NCBI GenBank assembly: GCA_907165135.1 | Contig: OU015570.1 | Coordinates: 2,315,929-2,379,928, forward strand | From: Oikopleura dioica | Taxonomy: Eukaryota > Animalia > Chordata | Direction: 5' to 3' | Length of the DNA stretch: 64,000 bases | Part shown: in pieces, positions 51,106-59,999 of the stretch | How positions within the stretch are numbered: position 1 is the first letter of the stretch | Layout: the number at the start of each line of letters is the position of its first letter | Notes under the pieces: model-generated | The model's database searches: none | The model's input: only the letters and a program-made list of their open reading frames with translations | Told to the model about the DNA's origin: nothing | Position numbers and translations under genes: made by a program

Positions 51106-51221
51106 TTTTGAAAAATAAAATCATTCACTCCTTTTTATATTCATTGAGAATGCCCTAAAGGGCTCAAAATAATTTGCCGATATCAAACAATAAAAATCAC
51201 TTCAAATACCTAAGAGCCATT

Positions 51222-51665
51222 TTATTCCCCATAATTTGGTGACATGATGAAAAAACTGTATGCAGTGAGAATGCAGGTTGATGAGGACGCAAAATTATCA
51301 GAAGAAGATAAATCGATAGAGTAGATGGTATAGTCTTTGTGAACGCTCTTGGCGTCGAGAATAAGATAATCACCAGTCTCAAGGTAAACGACTGCCGTGT
51401 ACTCGTTCATGATTGAAAATTCACACTGAAAGCAGGGTATCGCAGGTGCGTAGGGCGAGTTCTCCTGCACGACAGGAAGTGTTTTCCATTCAAGTTTAGA
51501 CGCATAACTTTGCTCGGGTGTATTTGTAGGCGCTCGAAAAATATGTGGATCCATAGTGCTATGGTTTTTGAACGAAAATTCGCTCGATGCTATTTCACTG
51601 AAAAAGCTCTGTGATTTTTCTGCTTTCTTATTTTTTGAAAACGCGTTTTTCACTTTCTTCATCAT
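51222..51665 (-). CDS. Hypothetical 147-aa protein upstream of the capsid gene
   Basis: Intact ORF in the structural module; no recognisable motif. Confidence 0.45.
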   Translation of the reverse strand: MMKKVKNAFSKNKKAEKSQSFFSEIASSEFSFKNHSTMDPHIFRAPTNTPEQSYASKLEWKTLPVVQENSPYAPAIPCFQCEFSIMNEYTAVVYLETGDYLILDAKSVHKDYTIYSIDLSSSDNFASSSTCILTAYSFFIMSPNYGE

Positions 51666-51723
51666 TTTGTGATTTGTAACAAAAAGGCTTGCTTATATGC
51701 GGGTAAAATAGCTCGGGGTGATT

Positions 51724-52286
51724 TTATTTCAAAAATAATAGAAAAATAAAGACAGTTATTGCAAGTCCCAAATCGATGTATCTCTTTGGCTTGAGAAAGG
51801 TTTTTTGAACATCGAGAAATTGCTTCATCCCTTTTTCTTTTACCAACATGAGATACTTGTTCATGAGCCGATCAACAAGGATAATTTTCATCTTTAATTG
51901 AAGTTTTTTCATTGATGATTCATCAATTACTTGAGAAGCTGTATTCATGACGAGAACAGTTGCGCATAGAACAGCTTGCAAATTTTTGAAAGACGCTTCT
52001 TCACACGCAAGTTTCTCAAGTATATCTAGACAAACATAAGTTCATCTTGCCCTATTTACCTACCTTCATACGTAAAAGAAAACCAAACTGCGGATTCAAT
52101 TGTAGTAACACGTCTTCGATATGCATCAAGAAGTCTCTTCCTATTGACATCCATGACGGATAAGTTCTGGTTGGAAAGTTGGTGAGTTTGCTCAATTGTT
52201 TGATAGGCCTCTTGGCTAGTTTGGACTAAATTTTCCGAGAGAAGAAGATTCGCAACATCAACGAAAAAATTTGCTTCGCTGCACAT
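51724..52286 (-). CDS. 174-aa helical tail-anchored protein, possibly Bcl-2-like, with an intron at 52026-52063 (38 nt)
   Basis: ORFs 52056..52373 and 51724..51981 join in frame (FTYE|DILEKL). C-terminal TM KPKRYIDLGLAITVFIFLLFLK. The Bcl-2 assignment is speculative. Confidence 0.5.
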
Positions 52287-52446
52287 TTTGACGATTTTTC
52301 GCAGGACGCTTGGCTTAAATGCAAAACAAAAAAAGCCCGAGGCAAAAGAGGACAGTTTCAATAAAAGACACATTACTCAGTATTTTTTTATTTATTGTCG
52401 CGAACACACCAATTTTTAGAAAGGAAATGGGTAAAGAGCACAGAAA

Positions 52447-52581
52447 TCATTTATGTCGCTTCTTTTTGGATTTTTTGTGTTTTTTCTTGACAGTGTTCTT
52501 CGATATCGGTTGCTTATTCTTTGAATCTTTTTTTCCCCAGAATTTTTCTCGATTTCGAAGCGATCGCGAGATTGCGGCCAT
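52447..52581 (-). CDS. Small Lys/Arg-rich peptide (44 aa), candidate DNA-condensing core protein
   Basis: MAAISRSLRNREKFWGKKDSKNKQPISKNTVKKKHKKSKKKRHK, overlapping the penton-like ORF. Confidence 0.35.
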   Translation of the reverse strand: MAAISRSLRNREKFWGKKDSKNKQPISKNTVKKKHKKSKKKRHK

Positions 52582-52951
52582 TTGTGTCGATTTTAAGGTT
52601 GATATAGGCAAAATCTGGCGGAATTGAAATTTCGCCACGGAGTTCGATGGCGAGTTTTGCTTTTGATAGGTCATCAACGTGAAGCTCATATTTATTTACA
52701 ATTTGAGCCTGATAATTGTAACAAGTAACCCCCGAGGGGATTAAAAAATTCGAAAGAACATGTTTTTTAATCGAGTCTTCAATATAGAAAGCCACGTAAA
52801 TTCCAGACGGGTTCGTACTCAAATAGAGGCCACTTTCAAAAAGGGATACTGTCATTGTTAGAAGATCACCAGGGCGAAATTTTGGAAGGGCGAATTCAAA
52901 ATTTTTTGCTGTTGTAAGATTCAAAATCGTCGGCGATTTTACGAAGCTCAT
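52514..52951 (-). CDS. Putative minor capsid (penton, single jelly-roll) protein, about 145 aa
   Basis: Predicted beta-rich, lies between the integrase and capsid genes. GIYVAFYIED...NKYELHVDDLSKAKLAIEL...AYINLKI loosely fits the penton C-terminal pattern. It is short for a penton. Confidence 0.4.
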   Translation of the reverse strand: MSFVKSPTILNLTTAKNFEFALPKFRPGDLLTMTVSLFESGLYLSTNPSGIYVAFYIEDSIKKHVLSNFLIPSGVTCYNYQAQIVNKYELHVDDLSKAKLAIELRGEISIPPDFAYINLKIDTNGRNLAIASKSRKILGKKRFKE

Positions 52952-53954
52952 ATAAGTAATGTGAGCCGGAGACTTCTTTGCCACCTAAGCTGACGAGTTT
53001 ATACCAAACAACTCCCGCCTTTTGCTTATGGGACTTGATTTTGTAGACGTCCGTCGACCAGTTCTGCTTGTATCCCTTGTCAAAAAGACTCTTTTTTCTC
53101 AAAATTCGAACAATGTTTCCTTTCTTGAGTTTTGGCTCGACTACAAGATCAATGTCAGGATAGAGCTTTTTAAAGATTTTTTCGGTATCTTCGTAGGTTA
53201 CACGCTCAGGGGCCATTCCAATTGAACGATGAGGCGTTGAATTATATCCAGCTGCGACGTCATCAATAATATCAAGCCATTTTATTGTTTTATTTGTCGT
53301 CATGTATTTTTCAATTTTTGTTTTTAAAGTCCGATTCACACGTTCAACCATTGAAGCTTTGATTTTCGTAAGAATACTGTAATGGTGGATATTAAATTGG
53401 TCGAGTATTTTACGCGTCGGAGCATTATAAAATTCTTTTCCTTCATCCGTTATTAAGGTGTTTGGCAGTTCATCAAGGCCTGACAGTATCTCCTCGACAG
53501 CTTTACTCACTTGAGCTCCACTTTTTTTCTTTAATGGCCTAACCCAGATAAATTTTGAGAAACAGTCAATCATGACTAGAATGTATACAAAATTCCTGTT
53601 TGCATATTTCATCTTTGGACTTCTTGTATACTCGATTAAATCAGCCATAAATATCTGACGCGGATGATTGACGATTATTCGCCGTCTCGGAAATTTCTTT
53701 TTGACGATTCTTCCATGTTTACTATTTGCTTCATCAGCTTGCAAAAAATCCTTAATTTTGCTCGAATACGCCGGTTTGCTTTTAACTCTCCGGTAAATTG
53801 ACTCAATGTCATTGTCAATATCTGCTTGCGTGCCGACATTTATACCGGCAGGTTTTGCATATTTACGGAGGTTAACCATTTGATGAAATAAAAATTGATC
53901 TGCGACTTTTATGTTTCCATGATAAATAAACACCCGGGGTGATTTTGGATTCAT
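52896..53954 (-). CDS. Retroviral-like (RVE/c-integrase) integrase, 352 aa, intronless
   Basis: DDE motifs FMADLIEY, LVMIDCFSKFIW, LITDEGKEF, ASMVERVNRTLK and YNSTPHRSIGMAP, consistent with the 6-bp TSD. Confidence 0.95.
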   Translation of the reverse strand: MNPKSPRVFIYHGNIKVADQFLFHQMVNLRKYAKPAGINVGTQADIDNDIESIYRRVKSKPAYSSKIKDFLQADEANSKHGRIVKKKFPRRRIIVNHPRQIFMADLIEYTRSPKMKYANRNFVYILVMIDCFSKFIWVRPLKKKSGAQVSKAVEEILSGLDELPNTLITDEGKEFYNAPTRKILDQFNIHHYSILTKIKASMVERVNRTLKTKIEKYMTTNKTIKWLDIIDDVAAGYNSTPHRSIGMAPERVTYEDTEKIFKKLYPDIDLVVEPKLKKGNIVRILRKKSLFDKGYKQNWSTDVYKIKSHKQKAGVVWYKLVSLGGKEVSGSHYLYELRKIADDFESYNSKKF

Positions 53955-54929
53955 TTATTTTCGCCAGTTTAATTTTCTAGATTTTCGTTTTTTTGAACGT
54001 TCGTCTTCGTCAGATGACGATGACGTGTATGATGACGTCTCTTGTTCTGATGAGCTTGATTCTGATGATGAGAACTTCCGTTTCCTCGGAACTGATTTGA
54101 CATTTTCTTTTTTTGCCACTTTTTCTTCTTTTTTGAGAGATTTTTTGATTTCATTGTCGCTTTTTACTGTCGCTGTAAAGGTTGGTAATTTTGTTGTGTA
54201 TTTCTCTTGGATTTCGAAAAATCTTCGGAAATCGTTCTCGCTGATAATGTAGGACTTCATGCCGGAAACTGACCAGCACACTGGATAAGTCGCCATTATA
54301 TCCGTAAACATACGATAATTTGATCGATGCGCCTTCGGCGATAAGTTGATAAGAAAGTAGGGATACTTATCATATTTTGAATGCTCTTCTGCTTGTTTGT
54401 AAGCTTGGGCGAGCCCAAGAGAGCGACAGACTCGAAGGTTGATTGACGTGTCCAGACAATTCCGCAGAAGCACCTGCATGTTACAGCTGTTTCTTATGTC
54501 TCGAGCATAACGTCCCTGTGAATAACTATTTTGAGTCATTATCATAACACTCAAGTTTCGTTTACCACTGGTTACGCGAAATAAATGATCAATAGCCTCC
54601 GAATTAACGGCTTTATCGTAGAGATCGTCCAATACAATAAGCGAGTGACAGTCAAGATCGTCAATGTCGTCTTGATCAGGTAGACCTTGCGCAAAATGAA
54701 TGGGAATGTTGATTCTATCGGATTGATCCCACGTTATCGGTTTTTCCTTGAGAAATCTCGGATAGTAGTAAACAATTTGTGAAGGGATTCTTTCGAAGAG
54801 ATGGAAATTTTCACAAAGCAGACCGGCAATATAAGTTTTCCCAGATTGCGAGGATCCTGAGAAAATGCTTCGAAACGGATAAGGCAATCGGTAGTCCTCG
54901 GCAATGTCTCCCGAGATTGAAAAACTCAT
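53955..54929 (-). CDS. A32/FtsK-HerA-type genome-packaging ATPase, 324 aa, with a Ser/Lys-rich C-terminal tail
   Basis: Walker A FSGSSQSGKT, Walker B LIVLDDLY, and SGKRNLSVMIMTQN...RDIRNSCN. Confidence 0.92.
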   Translation of the reverse strand: MSFSISGDIAEDYRLPYPFRSIFSGSSQSGKTYIAGLLCENFHLFERIPSQIVYYYPRFLKEKPITWDQSDRINIPIHFAQGLPDQDDIDDLDCHSLIVLDDLYDKAVNSEAIDHLFRVTSGKRNLSVMIMTQNSYSQGRYARDIRNSCNMQVLLRNCLDTSINLRVCRSLGLAQAYKQAEEHSKYDKYPYFLINLSPKAHRSNYRMFTDIMATYPVCWSVSGMKSYIISENDFRRFFEIQEKYTTKLPTFTATVKSDNEIKKSLKKEEKVAKKENVKSVPRKRKFSSSESSSSEQETSSYTSSSSDEDERSKKRKSRKLNWRK

Positions 54930-55075
54930 TGCGATAACGGCTTCTTTTGCTGTTGTAATTGAAGAAGCTTCGAAAAGAAATTAAGAACAAGAATGCCAAG
55001 AATGATGTAAAGAGAAGTGTTTTGCTTTGAAATATTTTTTTTAATGCAAGAAATGATATCTTCGTCGAGTTTCAT
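54926..55075 (-). CDS. 49-aa single-TM protein whose stop overlaps the ATPase start (ATGA)
   Basis: MKLDEDIISCIKKNISKQNTSLYIILGILVLNFFSKLLQLQQQKKPLSQ*. TGA at 54928-54926 overlaps the ATG at 54929-54927. Confidence 0.55.
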   Translation of the reverse strand: MKLDEDIISCIKKNISKQNTSLYIILGILVLNFFSKLLQLQQQKKPLSQ

Positions 55076-55246
55076 TTGATTTTATTTTGAGATACAGGTG
55101 ATTTTATAGAGAAAAAATTGTCCTGCGGCGTTTTGTAATTGAAACTATAAAATTTATCAGTTTTCATCATGAAACTTTAAACTTACTTTCTTCTCAGTAT
55201 TCTTTTCGGAGACGAATCATTTTTGTGAAGTTTTTCAATTGATGAA

Positions 55247-55453
55247 CTAAAAAAGATATTTTTTTTTACTTGTTTTGGCTTCATTACCGATAGCTCGGTC
55301 CGCACGATTTCTTGATGAGTGACGAACAATGCCATTGACGGAAGTCATTGGAAGTTTTTTCAACATGAACTTCGACAGGCATCTTACACATGATAGGAGC
55401 TCATCATCACAACCAAATACAAACTGACACTTCCAGCAATAAAAGTATTTCAT
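55247..55453 (-). CDS. Third paralog with the zinc ribbon only (RING apparently lost)
   Basis: MKYFYCWKCQFVFGCDDELLSCVRC; no RING exon found downstream. Confidence 0.55.
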   Translation of the reverse strand: MKYFYCWKCQFVFGCDDELLSCVRCLSKFMLKKLPMTSVNGIVRHSSRNRADRAIGNEAKTSKKKYLF

Positions 55454-55574
55454 ATCTAAAAGGTAAGAAATAAGCCTCAGTATTGTGGTTAGATCTGTGT
55501 TGAGCGTTTTCTGGTTCCATTATCGCGACGGAGCCTTATTTATACAAATAGGATTCATGTAAAATTAAATACTA

Positions 55575-56014
55575 TTAGGACGATGGAAAGATATTTCTGC
55601 GACACATTCCACATGTTTTGTTGCGATGATCGGTGACGTATCTCTCAAAGCAATTCTTGTGAAGTTCGTGACCACACTCTGGCCTGATTGCTTTTTGCCC
55701 GACTAAATTTGTTTATTTTACATATTTGAAATTATTGACGGCTTACTTTCAATATTTTCGATACATATGTAGCATTTGCTCGGTTCTCCTTCCCGTTTTC
55801 CGAATTCAACCGGGCCACTGAGCTCGAGAATCTGCATCTCATTCGTTTGATAAATTGCCTGATTTTCTCGTTGACTGGTAAGCTCGACAAAGCCTTCAAT
55901 ATTCCCAATATGTGTTCTGCTTAGACGACCTGCTATGAAACACATCGGACAGGAAATGGCATCGTTCGAGAGTTCCCAAAAAATTGAGCATTCCCAGCAG
56001 AAAAAAATAGACAT
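55575..56014 (-). CDS. Second zinc-ribbon plus RING-H2 paralog, intron 55703-55746
   Basis: FFCWEC...CPMC. Spliced CYICIENIEIGQKAIRPECGHELHKNCFERYVTDHRNKTCGMCR, with the intron at the same position as in the first paralog. Confidence 0.85.
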
Positions 56015-56158
56015 GTCTTAATAATGATAAAAAAGAGATGATTTGATGGTTTAAAGTTTTCGAAAGACAGGATAGGTAAAATGGTTCACGGAAGAGGTTT
56101 TTCGTTCTTTTACTTAATTTCATTCAAACTTATTCAAAGAAATAAAAAGGTACCGTTT

Positions 56159-56665
56159 TCACCAAAACATATTTTCACGGCACATCCCACAAGAAGAGTG
56201 GTAATTGATGTATTTGTAGAAGCACGATGCGTGAACATGATGACCACATTCAGGTCGAACGGCTTTTTCTCCAACTTATTTTTTATTTTTATGAATCAAT
56301 AATTTTTACATACACTCGATTTCTTCAATGCAAATATAGCATGTGTCGATTTCACCCTCTGTTTTCATGAATTCGATAGGTCCTTTCAGAGTGGGATTTT
56401 CCTCAAATTCGTAAATGATCTCTCTCTCAATTTCTTGTTGATTTTCAGCTGGAGCCTGATAATTGCCTTCAACAATTGCAGTTGCTTGATCAGCGTAAAC
56501 GATTTCTGTCTCATTAACTTGTTGATTTTCATTTGGGGCTTGATAATTGCCTTCAATAATTGCAATTAGTGTGTCTGGAGAGGAATGATCAGCGTTACAT
56601 TGCGGACAAATTGAGCTTTCTTGAAGCTCAATAAAAATTATACAATTCCAGCAGTAGAAAATCAT
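56159..56665 (-). CDS. Zinc-ribbon plus RING-H2 E3 ubiquitin ligase-like protein (RNF115/RNF126-like architecture), intron 56275-56313
   Basis: N-terminal FYCWNC...CPQC. Spliced C-terminus CYICIEEIEFGEKAVRPECGHHVHASCFYKYINYHSSCGMCR is a full C3H2C3 RING. Confidence 0.85.
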
Positions 56666-56817
56666 TTCTAGAGATTTGGCCGAGGCTTACTTGCTTATAT
56701 ACGCGTGCTTACAAGCCGTGAAGTTTTCTCATTTTTCGAAGATTGTTATCAGATATTTATTCTTGCTTGAACACGTGATGAACGGAAACCAATTAGTGAA
56801 CGGAAACGACACGTGCC

Positions 56818-56919
56818 TAGCCCTTGACCATCTGGTACCGTGAACTTGTCGGGCCAGGTGACCAGCTGGTCTCGGGCACTTAGGCCACTTAATATTTCGC
56901 TACTCGCGATATTACTACT
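56818..56919 (-). repeat. Right terminal inverted repeat of the Polinton (degenerate extension to about 56772)
   Basis: Mirror of 26229-26330 and followed by the TSD ATCTCT. Confidence 0.97.
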
Positions 56920-57181
56920 ATCTCTCTCTGTATATCTTCATATTGTCATAAAGAGTAGATCAAACTGTATAGTTTTGAAATTGTATTTTATTCCATTTTT
57001 GTGTTTTGTTTTTCAGGCTAACATAAAGTTACTAAAATCTAAGAGGGTGCATCGTTTATAAAGGGCACATTTTCACGGCAAGGTTTTTCCGCGCCCATCC
57101 CGATCCATCGAGCTGTAATTGTATGTATTCTAGTGTTGTAGCGTACCAGCTCTCGGATCAGGATGGACTTGGATTACAGGG

Positions 57182-57732
57182 CTAGGGTCGGACCCCTTAC
57201 TAAGGTTTCCTTAGTTACTAAGGGTAAGGGTTTTGAAATTGATGAAAATCAAGAAAGGCCTAAGGAAGGACTAAGGGCCTTCCTTACTAAGGCCTTAGTA
57301 ACCTTAGTAAGGATCTGATTAAGTGCGATTCGAAAAAATGTTCTTATTGATAAAAATTGCAATAATTTAAGTTTATTTGGTATTTTTTGCTGTCAGTAAG
57401 TTAACAAGAGACATTTTTATCAAATTCCTTCACAACTCGTCCTTAATTCCCTTCCTTACTAAGGCTTTTGTAAGGGTTTTTTTGATAAAAGCGTTCTCAA
57501 AATGCTTAGGCCGTCAAAAAAATCCTTTTTATAATCCTTAGTAAGGAAAGGGATTAAGGAAAAATCGCTAAGGATTGAAGATCCTTACTAAGGATCTCTG
57601 AAAAATCAGAAAGGAACTATGGTAAGGATTTTTTTCCGCCGAAATCCGAAAAAGGGTAAGGAAAATATCCATACCTTACTAAGGAAAGGACCCTTAGTAA
57701 GCAAAAAATTAAGGAAGGAAGTCCGACCCTAG
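57182..57732. mobile_element. hAT-type MITE with internal CCTTACTAAGG repeats
   Basis: TIR CTAGGGTCGGAC; 8-bp TSD TTACAGGG at 57174-57181 and 57733-57740. Confidence 0.9.
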
Positions 57733-58799
57733 TTACAGGGGCTATTTACAGTCAATTCATAGTTATGTACCATAACATTTGATCTCGAAAGAAGAGGTTA
57801 TACCGATTGTGTAAGACGGCTCTGGCGGCAGTAAGGCTACCTTGGCTGCGATTCTTGACGGACAGGGTGGACAAAGAAACAACCTACAGATTTCCGAACG
57901 GCCGAGTCCATTCATTTAAATTTTCTCTCAGGTCTTCATTTCATAGTTCTCTGAATAATTGCATCTTTAACTTAACGTAAAATTGTAAATATACAGTAGT
58001 TCTCTCATTTCTCTCGTTCAGACAATCGGCGCGGCCGCTGACTGGCTGAGGATGCCCCCTCCTGACAAAATCAGCCAATCAGCGCGCCATTTTCAAATTT
58101 TTGAAAGTTACGTGCGAGTTTTCTCTCTGCAAAACAATCTGTATGCTTATAACGGTTGGCCATAAATAATTGAAATTTGTCGAACCACATAACCGCCGCA
58201 GTGGAATCCTCAATCTTTTTATATTCTGAAGTTCGTAAAATCCGATGGTCACTTCTTGTTTATTTATGTTTTTGTTTGTTTTTTTTTTGTTAACATATGT
58301 TTATTTATATTTATGTTTATTTATTTGTTTATAAATTGTTTACATTATCTTAAGCATTATACAAGATTACAATAGTTCCCGCTGAATTGGGACGGTCCTA
58401 ATAGCGGCCCCCGTACCAATTTGGCGGGCACTCTCGCCAGCCGCCGCGAGCGCCTTTTTCACTTTTCTCGAGGACCCAAATAGCTTCGCGCTGGCTTGGC
58501 GCTTGTCTTGTTGAGGATTGTTGACGGATTTAAAATGGAAATTTGAAGAGCTCAATAAATATATTTTCAGTTAATTTTAGCTAAGTTGTAGGAAAAGTAT
58601 AATACAGTTTTAGAAAGCTCACGAGGTCTTCTTTTCTTCTTCAATCATTCTGAATCCATTGAGTCTAGATTGAACTAGAATTTCGACGATCCCATCATCG
58701 TCAAGAAGCGCAACTGGTGGGTCCACAAGGTTAGCAGCAAGGAGGTGGCCTTCCAATGGAACTTCTTGATGAACATGGGCATCTTCAAGTTTTTTCTCG

Positions 58800-59060
58800 A
58801 TCGCTCATTCTTCGGAAGCTCTGTTCTGCACCGCTCCAATTGTTCCAAATCCGACAGTATGAAAGATTGAAGTCTTCTTTGTAGCATTGAACCCAGCATT
58901 TCGAAAACGTCAACTGTTGTATAAATGTATCATCTTTAAAAATATCTCTTGATTGAACAATTTTTGCAAATTTTGTTATTAAAAGATTACTAATGATACA
59001 TCTATGGGCTTCGGCAACAATCACGTCGGAAAGCTGCTGCCGGAAGTGCCTGTAGGTGTC
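58800..59060 (-). pseudogene. pogo/Tigger transposase CENP-B-type HTH remnant
   Basis: ISNLLITKFAKIV...TFSKCWVQCYKEDFNLSYCRI fits the HTH_Tnp_Tc5 pattern by eye; no DDE domain follows. Confidence 0.55.
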
Positions 59061-59115
59061 TGTAATTTTCTTCTTTCTTGTCGTTCTCTTCGTTGTCTTT
59101 GTTTGGAGGGGTGTA

Positions 59116-59404
59116 GGGCGGCCACGGTACAAAGTTGTATCGCCGTTACAAATTTGTACCGCCGGTACAAAAATTTTTGTACCGCCGGTACAAGCCAAAA
59201 ATATAATCCGAGAAAAAGTGTGCGCTTCGCGCTAGAATTGAAGGAAACTCCTTACTGGTATAGCTGAGGTAGAGTTCCGTCCAAAAATGAGCATTATTGT
59301 GGGTAAAAATCGGTTTTTATTGTCAAAAAAATTATTATTTTTTGTACCGGCGGTACAAAATTTGTACCCGCGGTACAAATTTCACTTTTGTACCGTGGCC
59401 GCCC
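59116..59404. mobile_element. MITE with GTACCGCCGGTAC subrepeats
   Basis: TIR GGGCGGCCACGGTACAAA / TTTGTACCGTGGCCGCCC. Confidence 0.8.
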
Positions 59405-59593
59405 GCCCCCCGTTTGGAGTAAGCTCTCTTGATCTTTTATAATTCTATGAATGGTGTTTTTAGATGTATTTATGCTTAATTTTTCAATAGCTTATAGCTA
59501 AATTGTACTTTATATTCTACTTATAATCATTCAAATTCTGGACGTCGCTTTAGCATACAGCCGACCTACTCGAGTCCTCGACATTCTGGATAA

Positions 59594-59999
59594 AATAGGT
59601 AGTGGCTTAAAACGTCGTCCAGTTGCTGCATGTGCGGCCTAAAACGTCTCTCTTATTCCTGCGTGTGTTGCTCAAAACGTCTTTCCTGTTGCTGCATGTA
59701 TTGCCTAAAACGTCTTTTGAGCCCCTAGGCTTAATGAATGAGTGAGTCCAGAGATGCTTGGTAAAGCCACGTCGCCTAACAGCCCCATAATTTCAACAAT
59801 AGCTAGCCTCGACGATGACTCGGCTTCTTATGTAACGATGAGACAGGAAAAACAGATATTAGCCTAGGGGCCCAAAAGACGTTTTAGGCAACACACGCAG
59901 CAACTGGAAAGACGTTTTAGGCCTACACATGCAGGGACAGGAGAGACGTTTTAGGCCGCACATGCAGCAACTGGACGACGTTTTAGGCCACCACCTATT
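59594..59999. mobile_element. Foldback MITE with about 30-bp subrepeats (AAAACGTC)
   Basis: AATAGGTAGTGGCTTAAAACGTC / GACGTTTTAGGCCACCACCTATT; arms about 140 bp. Confidence 0.8.

Larger units (their letters stand above)
26229..56919. mobile_element. Full-length Polinton/Maverick (polintovirus/adintovirus-like) endogenous element, 30,691 bp
   Basis: Starts AGTAGTAATATCGCGAG at 26229 and ends CTCGCGATATTACTACT at 56919. The 102-bp TIRs have one mismatch. The 6-bp TSD ATCTCT lies at 26223-26228 and 56920-56925. Internal pPolB, RVE integrase, A32-like ATPase and capsid genes are present. Confidence 0.97.
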
